This document shows positions 38,775-52,586 of a stretch of DNA of 64,000 bases, one piece after another. Both the position numbers and the translations under genes were made by a program. Numbering within the stretch: position 1 is the first letter of the stretch; every line of letters begins with the position of its first letter. Source of the DNA: Paecilomyces variotii (taxonomy: Eukaryota). The notes below the pieces were generated by a model. It was not told where the DNA came from and searched no databases. It worked only from the letters and a program-made list of their open reading frames with translations. The stretch is taken from assembly GCA_004022145.1 (NCBI GenBank), contig RCNU01000001.1, one strand, 5' to 3'.

Positions 38775-41700
38775 GTTTAAATTACTTGCCCTAGCAATAT
38801 AAATAGCTGTACTAATATATTCTATAACTTGGGGGATAAGGGTCTTAGCTCTTAGCCTATAGTATATACTTTAAAAAGTTTAGAGATTATTAAACTTAGC
38901 ACGCAGCAACTAATTGCTAAAGCTAGCTTATAAACTTTAGGAGATATTCTAATAGGCCTAGGGATAGAATAAGCTTAAATAGAAGATAAATTATTAATAA
39001 AAAGAGACCTCCTATAACTTCTTGCTACTAGTTATATTAATAAGCGGCTAAGGCTTAAGTTATTAGAACTATAGAGGTATAAAGCTATTATATTTAATGC
39101 CTATTATTAGTAGTACTAGTATATAGATAAATATTTGGCTTATAATATTTTATTATTTAAAAATAAAGCTAAGAAGGTTATTTATACTGTAGTATTACTA
39201 AATAGGGAATTAGCTTAGTCTTAGATCTATTAGTAAGAGAATCTTAACTTCTAGATATTAACCTAGGAAGGATTTAAAGATTAATTGCTAGATTTGCTTA
39301 ATAATCTATATTACTAAGGATAGAATATAATAAACTACTTTTATACCTTAATCTAATATCTTAATTAAATCGCCTAAGCCTTCTTATACTATTTTGAGTA
39401 GGCTTAAGTAAAGTTAAATTAGGGTAAAGGGTTTAATTATAATAGAATTATCTAGTCTTATATCTTCTATATGAAATTATAACCTAAGGTTTAAATAAAG
39501 TTGCTGAATTATTAAGACCTCCTAATAAACCTTAATTAATTAGTGTTTTTAGCTACTAATTAAGAGATAAATTAGAAAAAGAATAAGACTATAAATTAAT
39601 CTATTCTGCTAAATATAAATAAATTAATATAGAATGCGCTAAAGGACTCCCTCTTAGGGTAAAAGAGAAAGGAGACTAGTAACTAGCGCGCAGAGTTAAT
39701 TAAATCTTAAAAAAAAAAGAAGTTTAAATTATTAATAGAATAAGATTAGCTTAAAAAAGAAAGCTGCTATTTTAATTATAATAAAATAGGCTATATATAA
39801 AAATCTAAATTATACCTAAAAAAGAAAGACCCCTTTAAGAAAGAAAAACCTAAGATTATTATAGCCCTTTATAATAAAGGGTTTAAGCTAAAGAAAGAAT
39901 TTTTATATGCCCTAATATAACTATACTTTCCTAATAATATATTTAAAAATAAGGCCTTTATTAATTCTAGATTAGCCCGCTATTATATTAGCCTAGATAT
40001 AGCTATATATTATAAAATTCTTTTAAACTTCTAGTAATATATAAACTTTAAATTTATTAATAAGTATAAAATTTAGAAGTATAGATTATTTAAAGCAGAG
40101 ATTTATATTATTAACTCTAAAGGAATAATAGAGAAGGTAAAAATATACTTTTATATTATCCTAATACCTAGATTAAGTATTATCCTTAAGAAACTATAGC
40201 TATATATTATAAATCTTATTATAGATTAGGAGTTAATAACTTAGAGATATTATATTTTATATTAGCTATAGATAAAGATTAAAAGTGCTTAATAATTTTT
40301 TAAGATAATAAAAAGAAAGATAATCTATATACTCTATAAGGACTGAATTAACCCTATTATTTCTAAAGATTTACCTCTAGAATATAAGAAGTATACTGAG
40401 GTCTTTTTAGAAAAAGATATAAGTATATTACCTGCTAAGATAGGTGAATATAAGATTAAATTTTTAAATAGCAAGGCGCTTTTATAGGGTAAATTTTATA
40501 ATCTCTCTATTAAAGAATTAGATATTCTGTATAAATATCTTAAAGATATATAATAGAAGGGTTAGATATAATTATTAACTAGTCCCATAGGGGCGCTTAT
40601 TCTATTTATTCTAAAGGCAGATAATATATTAAGGCTTTATATTAATTATAAAGCTTTAAACAGCATTACTATAAAAAATAGATATTCTTTACTTAGGGTA
40701 GATAAAATGCTTAACTAATTAGTTAGCTCTAAGATCTTTATTAAGCTTAATCTTAAGGATATTTATTATTAAATTTAAATCCGCTGAGGAGATAAATAAA
40801 AGATAGCCTTTTAAACCTGTTATAGATATTTTAAATATTTAATAATGCTATTTAGCCTATGTAATATATCTACTACTTTTTAAGCCTATATTAATTAGGT
40901 ATTATAGGGGTTGTTAGATATCTATTATATTATATATTTAGATAATATCTTAATCTTCTCTAACTCTATTAAGAAGTATAAGAAATATATAGTATAGGTC
41001 TTAGAGAGGCTATAAAAACATAAATTATATATAAAATTATCTAAATATAAATTCTATAAGAAGAGAGTTAAATTCCTTAATTTTTTTATAGGAAAAGATA
41101 GAGTAGAAATAAATCCTAATAGAATAGAAACTATTAGAGACTAGCTAGAGCTTAAATCTTTTAAAGAAGTCTAAATCTTCTTAGGATTCGCCGGTTTTTT
41201 TAGAAGATTTATTTATAACTATTTTATAAAGATAGCTTCCTTAATTAGTCTGCTAAAAGGAAGCATTTAAAAAAAAAAATTAGGATATTTATCTAGATTA
41301 GAGAAGCTGTAAAGGTATTTAATAAGCTAAAATTAGCTTTTATAACTTCGCTAGTGCTAAGATACTTTAATCTAAAAAAGCCAATAATATTAGTAATTAA
41401 TGCCTTAGGATTTGCCCTTACTATTATACTCCTTTAGGGAGATAGTAATAAGATAGCTCTAGGCGCTAAGTTAAAGATAGGTCTAAGAATTAGAACTTAG
41501 ACAGACTAATAAATTATATCTAAGAACTAGCATCTTATAATATATTATACCCAGAAGTTTATTAAAATAGAAGTATATTATAAGGTTTATAATTAAGAAC
41601 TCTTAGCTATTGTTAATATTTTTAAATATTAGTATTACTACCTAGAAGGTAGTAAATACCTTATATAGGTATAGAATAATTATATAAACTTATACTATTT

Positions 41701-44700
41701 CTTTACTGTAAAAATATTAAATAATAAATAAATTTAGTAGGCAGAACTATTAGCAGCATATAACTTTTAAATTAAATATAAGTTAAGATAGCTTAATATT
41801 ACAGATACTCTGTTTAGAAGGACAGATTTTAAACTATTTAAATCTAAATCCTAGATAAGATTATTTCTAACCCTTTAGAAAAAGCTCCAGTATAAAGTTC
41901 AGGATAAGTATATATAAGAAAGCAGTCTAGAGTATAAACCTATTAAAATAAGCAATATAGATAGTCTAGAATATTTAATATAAAGAATATTAGTTATTAA
42001 GATAATTAGAGAAGAGTTTATTTAAGATACTATAACTTCTAGCCTGCTCTTTATATTAAAACAGCTTTAAGCAAGAGATACCTTTATCTTAAAAAAAACT
42101 AGGGAACTAAAAGCGCATATTCTTAGAGATAGCTTAGAGACAGTATAGAGAATAAATAATAAAGGACTATTATAAAAAAATAGTGCTATATTTATATTAA
42201 ATATATCTGCTATAAAGCAAGAGCTCCTTTAAATATATTATAATAATCTTTATATAAGGCACTAAGGTATTAAGAAGACTAAAAAACTGCTTTAAAAAAG
42301 ATTTAACTGGCCTAAGATAGCACGGGATATATAGGAGTATATATCTATATATAATATCTGCTAGAAGAACTAAATTTTATAATATAGGCTATATAGAGAG
42401 CTAAAATCTCTGCTAATCCTAGCACAATTATAGTAGAGTATTTTAATAGATTTTATAATAGGACTACTACTATTAAAAAAATAGGAAGTTACCTATAATT
42501 TAATATTAGTAATTATAAACTGCTATTTAAAGATAATATTCTATATCCTTACCTATAAAACATTAAAGATAGATAAGATAGCTAACCTTATTATAGATTA
42601 TATTTATAACTATTTTAGACCTCTATAATTAATTATATTAGATAGAGGGGCGCTGTTTATTAATAAATACTAGATAGAACTTTACTGCCATATTTAAATT
42701 ACTAGACTTTTAAGCACTATATTCTATCTCCAGACTAATAGCCAGACTAAAAGGTAGAATTAGATGCTAAAGTATTATCTCCAGATCTACTTAAACTATA
42801 AGTAAGATAATTAGGTATTCTTATTAATTATAGTGGAGTTTATATATAATAATTTAATCTATACCTCTATAGGTATAACTTCCTTTTATATTATCTATAG
42901 ATTTAATCCTAGGAGTTAAAATAAATATAACTTTAGAAAGTAAATAGATATACTAGCAGTTAATAATTAATTAAAGAAATTTATTAAAATATATACTTAA
43001 TTAGAAAAATCTCTTTAAAAGGCTATTATTATATAATAGAAGTATTATAATAAAAAATATAAGCCTAGATTCTATATAGTAGAAGACTAAGTCTGCCTTT
43101 TAATAAAGAACTTAAAGATAGATTAACTAATTAAAAAACTAGATATAAAATATTTAGGACCTTATAAAGTTATAAAGAGAATTAAAACTTAAGTCTATTA
43201 GCTTAAGCTCTTAAAAAGCCTAGACAAAATATATCTAATTTTCTATATCTCCCTATTAGAGCCTTATTATTAGAGACTAGGGGCTAAATTTAAGTATCTA
43301 GACCTAATCTTAGTAGATAATAAACTAGAATAGGAGATTAAAGCTATTCTAGATAAATAGATAATATAGGGAAAGAAATAATATTTAATTAAATAAAAGG
43401 GCTATCTAGATTATAAAAATTTATAGCAGCCTAAGAAGGATCTTAAACATATCTAAGATATATTAGCTAAATTTAAGGCAATAATATAAGCTATTAATAA
43501 GACCTTTTTAAGAAGGGCTCTAAAAAGCTTTAAAAAAAGGAGTTAATAAAATTAATAAGATTTTTCTTTTTTCCTACTAGATTTATAGGTTTTATTTAAT
43601 TATTTTATTATCGAATTTATATTACTCTTTCTTTATTTACCTATCTATAGAGGTTTAAGAGTTTTAATAAGGATATAAGAAGCTAGTCTATCTAGAAATA
43701 AATTTATTTTAACTGGGCTACCCCTAATAGGAACTAAAAATACAGGCCTAAGATTAATCCCCCCTATTTATCTACTTTATTGTTATAGAACCCTATTAGC
43801 ACAGATTTATCCTCTTCTTTATTAAAAAAAGGAGGAATATTATAAGCAATATATATAATTTCTTATATATATTATAGATCTAATACTATTAAATAAAGTA
43901 ATCTAAATAACTCTTGCTGGAGCTGTATTATAGACTATTTATATAAAGATAGAGTTAATAAGACAGTAAATATAAGCTTATCTATATCTGCCTTAATAGA
44001 TATTTTGCGCAGATATACCTTTATAGAAGATTTATACTTATTATAGGCCTTCTTAAAAGACCTATAATTATCTAAGAGATAGGCCTTTTAGCTAAGGCTC
44101 TGTAGATAAGTAAGCTTATCCTTATAAACTAATAAAATTAGAATATAGGGCTTATACTTGCGACTGCAATAGTTATATTTAATATTAGCATTAATATAGA
44201 TATACTAAAATATTAGATTCTTAATCAGCCCCTTTAAATAGCAAAGGCATATCTTTTAAGATATTAGAGGAAACTTCTTACCTAGCTAGGAGGTAGTAGG
44301 GCTATTTTTTATTATTATATTAGTAATAATAATAATAGTAGTCTTAATTAATATTTTAATAGCAGCTGGTTTAGTCTGGGTCCCTATACTAACAACCTCC
44401 TTACGCCTTATACTTTATCTCTAGGGCCTTTTTATAGTATAAGCAGGAGTTATTCTTAGCTTAGCTATAGTAGCTAACTTAATAATAGGATAAGTCCTTT
44501 TCTTTTTTAGCAGGCTTTTTAGCGCTGCTATTAAGTTAAATAAACTTATCTATATAATAGCTAGAATTATAAAAAAAAGCTAATTTAATAGAGGTATAAA
44601 CCTTCTATATCTTAATTCTAATATAATATTTATCTTAGCTAATAAATCCTCTATAGGACCTAGGGTAAATAGAGATACTAACCTATTAATAGCTATAAAA

Positions 44701-45430
44701 GGGGTAATACTTATTTAAGGAGATAGTCTCTCTAATATTATAATAATAATTAGAGTCCCTAATATCTTAATAATAGTTAGGGGATTATTTTCTAATATTA
44801 TAATAATAACTAGATTTAGCTATATTATAATAACAGCAGCTATATTCTCTGTTTTAAAGGCAGGAGGAGGGAATAGCTCCCTAAAGGAGGAGATAATATC
44901 CTTAGGCTATTAATATTATAAAAATCAGTATATAATATATGAAATCTTATATTAAAATACTTATTTAAGGAGTTTTCTTATATTATTTAGATATAAAATG
45001 AATTTAGGGCAGTATTATCTAAATTAAATTAGCTTATATTAATATAATTAGTTAAGATAACTTACTCCTAGAGCAGGAAGCTCTAAAAATTAATAAAAAA
45101 ATAACTGATTTTTTAAGCTTAATAAACTACTATATTATTAGCACTATTATAACCTTAAAAATATATTTAGATCTTTATTTAAATATATTTAGGACTAGGA
45201 GCTATATATAATAGAAGGTAGAAAAATAATTACTAAAGGTTAGAATTTTAATCTTATAGTATTATATAAATAACACTCTTAGTTTATATAATTTCTTAAC
45301 CCTTTACTGTAAAGGCGGTAAGAAGCTCTTTTATTTATTATACTATAAACCTCTATAAAGCTATACTCTATATTTAATATAATAACTTTATAATAGCTTA
45401 AGGATAAGCCTTTAAAAAGGAGGGGGATAT

Positions 45431-45862
45431 TATTATGCCTTTAGCTCCCTACTAAGGTATAAGCTTATAGAACTATAGTAAAGCCCTAAATCTAAATATA
45501 ATATTAAGGTAATTAATTAAACCCCGCTCTCCCTGCTTTTAGGATTTATATAAGATAAAGCTGGGAAGTATTTAAGATTTAAAATATAAATAGGCTCTAG
45601 ATTACTGTCTTACTAGAAGCCAGCAATTTATTCTAATATAATATATACTCTACTATTTCTTTATTTATATAGACTCTTTACTACTAGAACCCTCTAGTAT
45701 AGACCTTTCTCCTTGCTAATTAGACCCTTTATTATAATAGTTAACCCTTTATCTCGCCGGTAGACCTATCTCTGAGCTAGATATATAAAGCTGCTACCCC
45801 TCTTGCTATAATCGCTGGCGAAGTAATTCGCTAGTAACTTCTAGGAACCCCTATTCCTTACA
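45431..45862 (+). repeat. 3' LTR of the nested element
   Basis: Follows the PPT; ends TTACA followed by the TSD GGCAG. Confidence 0.95.
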
Positions 45863-48800
45863 GGCAGCTTCTAAAGGATTATATTATATTAGCTCTTATA
45901 TTAATATACCCAGATTTTATTAAACTATTCCTGCTCTATATTAATAGAAATAAGGAATAAAGCTATAATACTATAGTATACTAGATAGGAGATAATAGTA
46001 TTAAATATCTGGTCTTATTCTTATTAAAAGAGCTTACTAAAGCTAAATAAAATTATTAATCTATAGAGTTAGAATGCAATATGCTAGTTTAGATATTATC
46101 TAAGCTATCCTAATATTTTAATTTAAGACTATTTATAATAGTAACAGATTATGCTATATTAGTAGATGCTCTCTAAGGATAAAACCTAATATAATAAAAT
46201 TATAGACTTAATAATTAGGTGTTTTACTTAGCTAGATTTCTTCCCTATATAACTATTAAATATTATAAAGGGTATGTTTACTCTAATATTAATAGGCTGT
46301 CTTATATTTTTAGCTATAAGGATCCTATATAAGATAAATAATAGATATTATACTAGGTTCTTATAGATGCAGTAAATATATTTATAAGAATAGTTATATC
46401 TATTATAATATTACTAGGGCTAGATAATAACCTTATAGAATATATTAAGAAGAATACTATTAAAGATATTATATTCTATATTATTATATAGAAGATTAAT
46501 AAGCAATTAGTAGTATTAAATAATGCCTTATATTATTTATTTTCTATAAAGGATAGTATATTATATAATATATAAAAGGAACTATATCGCCTATATATTT
46601 CCTATGCATTATATAAGGAAGTGTTTAAAATTATATATAATAGCTTAGGCTATCTAGGCCTTAAATAGAGTTATTCTCTATTAAAGAATAATTTCTTCCT
46701 TTTTAAAGAACGCACAGAGCTAGCGGATTATATCTTATTATACCTAGCATATTAGGTAGTAAAGCGCTATATATATAAGGAATATAGTCTATACTAACCT
46801 ATTCCTATATTATTAGCGCTATTTAAAATTTAGACTATAGATTTTATTATAGGACTACCTAAAAGTTAAAGATATAATACTATCTTAACTATAATAGATA
46901 AATTCTCGCAGTATATATAATTTATCCCAGGTTATAAGTTATAGAGTATAATAGAATAAGTGCAGGCGTTATTTATTATAATTATTAAGGATTAGAATTT
47001 ACCTAAAGCTATTATTTCTAACTAAGATATATAGTTTATAAGCGCCTTTTAGTAAGAGATATTTAGGACATATTATATAAAGCTTAAAATAACTGCAGCA
47101 TATTATCCCAGCGCTAATAATTAGTTAAAAAGAACTAATACTATAATAGAGACAATATTATACTATCTTTTAGTTAAGTAATATAAGGCGGCTTAGGCTA
47201 TAATACTACCCGATATTAAATAGGCTAATAATGTATTGCTTAATAAGTCTATTAGAATATTACTATTTAAGATCCTATATAATATTTATCTTTATATTCT
47301 ACTAGGTCTAATTAATATTAATAATAACTTTATTACTATATAAGAATAGATTTATATTACTATATTAGATGCTATAGATCTTATATAAATAAGAATAGCC
47401 TTAATATTTAATACTACCTATAAGCCGCTATTATTATATGATAATATTTATATTTACCTAACTAGATATCTTAGAAAGATAGGGTATATAATATTATAAT
47501 TGTTAAAGTTGTCGCTAGTAATAAAGGGTCTATTTAAGATTAAATACTATATTAGATAATTAGCTTATAAGTTAGATCTTTTAAAAGATTAAGATATTTA
47601 TTCTATAATATTAGTTATCTATTTAGAGCAAGCCTATACTAATGCCTATTAAAGGATAATATAGTTACTAGCTCTAATTATAATATAAGGTTATAAAAAA
47701 TATAAAATTTATTATATTCTTTATTAAATAGAAGACTAGTATTTAGTAAAATAGAAAGATAGTAATAAGATATAGGAATTTATTATTAATCTTAAGAAGG
47801 ATATTCTAGAATTATTATAGAGATTTCAGCAGGCAGTATAAAATAAATATTAGATAAATTATATCTAAAAATAAGGTAAAACTGCTTTAAGAACTAATAG
47901 ATCTGCCTATTTAAGCTATTACTTAAGTAAGATAGCTATTATACTTATACTTTACTAATTTCTGCAATAACTCTATCTTTTAAGGTATAGCTCTAAGTAT
48001 TATTAATCTTATATAATTAATACTAATTATTTTATCTTAAATATTAATATCTTTAGCCTATGCCTTACTTTTTTAACTTATATATTATATTATAATTATA
48101 CTTTTTTATATATTATAATTTTATTTTTTTAATTTATACCTTAACTTATACTCTATCTCTTTAACATATTGTATTCTATAATTAATTATTAATATTACCA
48201 GTATTAATTGCTATAATATATTTATCTAATAACCTAATATACTAAGTATAGCGAAAGGCATTATTATTCCTAATATATAGTAAAATAAAGATAGATCTAG
48301 AGAGAAACTGCATCTAAAGCCAGGATATATAGATATAGCAATATTTAATATATAGAGCCTAGTTAATATAGTTTAGGACCTAGATATATATAACTATTTA
48401 TTGCAGTATATAAAGTTATATAATGCCTAGGTCTATATAATTATTAAAACAGTCTTTATAATAAAAAGGGCAGTAAAATAGCTAGCAGATTTTAATGCTT
48501 AAGAATATATCTGCTATTCTTATATATTAATAAGTCTTATAATATAGCTTTAATATAATAATAAGATATATTATCTTAAGTATAGTTACTATTATATATT
48601 CTGCGGCTCTTTTTTATATTATTATAGCCTATAAATAATAAATAAGGGTACTTATATAACTTAAGAAATGTTAACCTTTTAATTTAATAAATATAAGGTC
48701 CCCTATAAAGCGCGGCAAGAGATACTAACTTTAATATATAAACTGCTATTTATTTTAAAGATAAGTAATAAGTATATATACTAGCCGGGCGACCCTATAT

Positions 48801-49552
48801 AATATTAAATAGAATAAGATAATAAATGATATAATCACTATAGTGTTAGACCTAGGATTAATTAAGATATATTAGCTAATTATAAAATGCCAGCCAGAGA
48901 GTATATTACGCTACCGCTATAATATTAGGTATAGAATAATAATATAGAGATAGATAATAATAGGGGTAGTAATAATACAACTACTATAATTAGTAATTAT
49001 ATATCTAAGGATAGCGCAATAACTATAAATATAATAATATAATAGTAAATATCTATAGATATAAGAATAAAATAGAGTATAGTAAGTATAAGAACTTTAA
49101 AAAAGCTTCTTATAAAACCCGCAGCAATTATTAAGAAGACTATATTATTAAGGGGTAGTTAAGTATAATATTACTTTATATTACTTAATTAAAGTATTAA
49201 TATAAGAAATAATAACTTTCTTATATTAGATATAATATAAGATATAGAGATCTATTACCAGCGGCGTATTAATAACTTAAAAGGTTAGGTATATTAATTA
49301 TTAGTAATAGTAGATAATATAGCCTGCCGTATATTAATATTGATTTTTTTAGAAATATTTAACTTAATAGACGCGATAAATACAGCTTTAGATAATAAGA
49401 TTATATAGGTTTTAAAGGAGATTTACTAAGCACTTATTAAAGAGGAATAGTTCTTGTATTAATATTCTAATATTTATATTAGTATTTTCTTATATTAAGA
49501 TTTATTATATTATTACTAAGCCCTGGGATAAGTCTTCTCTGGGGAGGGACCC

Positions 49553-49678
49553 TGCTATACCAGATCTGGTATAGAGGCATATAATATAGGTTATATGACC
49601 TTATATATATAGCGACATCTTTAGCATTAGAGGAACCTAGACTTCTTGATATCACTCTTCCCCCCTACTTGCACAGCA
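49553..49678 (+). repeat. 3' LTR of the outer element
   Basis: Follows the PPT; TGCT...AGCA termini; followed by the TSD CTCCC. Confidence 0.95.
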
Positions 49679-52047
49679 CTCCCGTCCTGCCAAACCTCCC
49701 ATCTCTTCTCCCAACGACATTAACAGAGAAAAAAAGAATGAGGTCTGCTATCCAGAAAGCTTGACACGGCCTGGGCTTGGGCTTGACGAATCTCTGTCGT
49801 CATGGTACGTTCTATCTTGTTTCTGCCTTTCCTGTCTGAGCTGGAGTCACTTGGTGAGCCCCTGCGAGGGCGGATTGACGTCTCATACGGAGTACGGGGT
49901 AACAGAACAATAAGTAATACGGAGTTGACTGCCTTTCATGACGACGGTGACCTCATTTCCTAGGGCTACTTTACTACAATATTATTATTCTTCTATCTCC
50001 ATCCCTAAGAACACAGAACTGCGGGGATCAACCTTCGACGGATCGGACCTCGGCAACCTTAAAACATTATTGACTTTATAATTCCCATCTGGCATCATTA
50101 CTGTCATTATTGATCTATCAATTATCTTAAAAAGCGGGTCACTCGTCCGAGGAATCTTTCAGCCTTAGCAAAGAGTGCTCTGATATCGTCCCCGGGCGAA
50201 TGGACGATCGCCTGGGGGACGATAATAATGATCATGACCACCATCACCATCTAAGCTCAAGGGCCAAAGATGGACAATACAGGAACAGGTTTAGCGGGTG
50301 CCGGTTAATCTAGTATTTCCACCTATATTTCTAAGCGCCATTACTGGCTTCTGCTCAGCGCACATCTTGTGATTTGCAAGTTGCCAAACGAATGGGTGGT
50401 CTCCTTTTCACTGCCCCAGAACAAGCTTCCTCACGTTCCACTCTGAGTTCCAAGGTTCTTCACGGATGGACCCGAGGGCGCAGATGCAAAAGGCGAACGT
50501 CCTCACTGAACAGTTTACTTGCTGATTCCTTTTGCAGAAAGACACGGGTCTCGCCCTCTACTGTTGTCTTTGTACTTAGTGTGGGATATTGGTACGTCCC
50601 TTATACGAATACAGGTGAAAAAGGAGCAGAGGTAAACCAAAGACCATTCGAGCGTTAAACCCGGCCGACATGATCTTGCTTGCCATTCCAAAGATCATAC
50701 TGTCCCCTCCGTGTTTGCCAAGCGCTAGGCCATATTCGCCGGCTGGAATCGGCAGGGCTAATAAGCCTCACTTCGTGTCGAGCCTCATCCCACGGACAGA
50801 GCATCTGGTGCTTCTGTGGTATAGAAGATGAAGTGCTCTAGTTTCTTTAGCATCAATCGACAACATTATCGTCACATCGGCTCTTCCACGCAGAATATGG
50901 CAGGCGATGGAGGTTCTATGAATGCAAGGCTCCGGCTGCCATCGACTAAGATTTAGCATCTTCACCACTGCGGATTAGCTTACGACGTAACAACTTTTAG
51001 TACACCTTTGCCATTGGGATCGCTACCACTTTCCAGAGTCATATAAGCAATCAGACTAAGGCGTGTTCGATCATATGCCAACTGCTACCACGTGAGAGAT
51101 AGAAAGCCAGCCTTATCTGAAACAAGATTATACTTGCGCCATAGTTAATATATGATTCAACCTTTCTAACCGAGCCAGTGGTTATTTTGGAGAGAGTGTG
51201 TTCGCCATGGTTCCTCCGCAGGGCACGAACGGGCACAGACTGAGCTACAGACTACAGTAGACCTCAACGAATAGAAGAAATACTAACGAAGCGCCTAGAA
51301 AATTGTAGTCTCCGTCTCAGGCCCGAATCTCAGGATCTAAGGACACTGGCCGGAGTTTAGGCCTCTCCTCGGAATGTGCTCTGTCCATTCCTACTATCGG
51401 TGCCTACACCTTCTCTTGCGCACGGTCACGAAGCGGCCCTGCGACGATATCAAAACTCACATTTAATCCCAGCTAGCAAGCCGTCTTGTCTGATAGCTTC
51501 AAGTTCCCAAATCTTATCCTGCATTGCATTGTAACCATCATTACCATTGCTGCGGTCTGTTTCGTACACTACTGATTGAATCTCCTGCCCGGGAAATACA
51601 CGCTAGTGCTGTGTGATTTGACTTCGATCGCGAGGGGATAATGGCAGATAAGCTGTGAAACTGCCGAGTCATGCACGGGACTCGTTGAGATCCTTTCAAA
51701 TCTTGCAAATCCTGCGCGCACGGGCGGCGATGTCGTTTTTATAGAAGCACCCAGTCATCATCCATTATCTGATGCGAGATGTAAAGGGAGACCGCTTGGT
51801 AGTGAGCAGAAAAGAAAGGCTGAATATCAAATTAATTGGCATCAGGGGCAACCAAAGCAATAATATCTTCCAGGCTTCACCTTACAAGATATTGGAGTGC
51901 AGACTATTCTAGAATACCCTACACAGGCCATTCCAAACTAGTTTCCCTTAGATGACGACCGGATTCATATGGACTGTTAGTCCATCAAGTAGCATGCGCC
52001 CTAGTCCGTCTTCTCGCCGGTCTCCCTTTCCGTCCTGGATAGCTAAT

Positions 52048-52586
52048 TCAGGCCTTTTTCTCAGCGCCTTTTGGCCCCTTTGCATATCCAAAGAATCCTA
52101 AGAAATACGCTATCCTATTCACAAATAGGAAGGCAGATGCTCCGATATTTCCCCATGTAAGAGCATTCCAGGTTGAAACATCCACAAAAGCTTCCCAGCC
52201 CATTGCGAGATACGTAGCATAGATATGCCCAAGATCTGCAATTGCCAGTGCGATCAGGTAGTTCCGCAATACTTTGGGCTCAGATGTGCCATAAATAACA
52301 GCAATTCCCAGTAGAAGCAGAAGACCGTATAGGTTTCCCAACTGGTACGCGAGCGCGACGCTGCTGGGGTGAATGGACGTGGGAGCCGCGATATGCGGTG
52401 TTTGGCCAGCGATGAAACCTTGCAGGTCTATTATTGGGGCCAGGTAGCCCGCGACACTGATTATCGATGAGATGAGTCCACACTAGAAGACAGTATGCAT
52501 GGTTGTTATTATTAAGGCGCTTACAGTGAAATCGGCTCAATGACTGCGAAGAGGGCATGCGGCCATGTTGGGAATATGGTAGACAT
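52048..52586 (-). CDS. Small multi-pass membrane protein of a conserved fungal uncharacterised family; one intron (~52462-52524)
   Basis: Exon 1 MSTIFPTWPHALFAVIEPISL, GTAAGC donor, then a hydrophobic frame containing LAIADLGHIY and WNALTWGNIG. Confidence 0.8.

Larger units (their letters stand above)
38343..45862 (+). mobile_element. Nested Ty3/gypsy chromovirus, 7520 bp, RIP-inactivated
   Basis: 432-bp LTRs TG..CA, TSD GGCAG (38338-38342 and 45863-45867), PPT AAAAAGGAGGGGGA at 45414-45427; relic RT (DEWKTAF..MPFGL near 40790-40860; IYLDNILIFS near 40932), RNase H near 41395, integrase (FYLQTNSQTKR = FHPQTDGQTER, near 42722), GPY near 43157, chromodomain near 43320-43445. Confidence 0.96.
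34371..49678 (+). mobile_element. Outer Ty3/gypsy LTR retrotransposon with chromodomain, RIP-inactivated (about 7.8 kb without the nested element)
   Basis: 126-bp LTRs, TSD CTCCC (34366-34370 and 49679-49683), PPT GGGGAGGG at 49541; relic RT V-Y-I-N-N (YIDD) near 37905; RNase H from 45868; integrase IDFIIGLP (MDFVTGLP) near 46837 and TAAYYPSAN near 47092; chromodomain relic near 47700-47830. Confidence 0.95.

Noticed and set aside
34371-49678. AT-rich block as a centromere, mitochondrial insertion or contaminant
   Set aside because: Fully accounted for by two LTR elements with TSDs and transition-only divergence.
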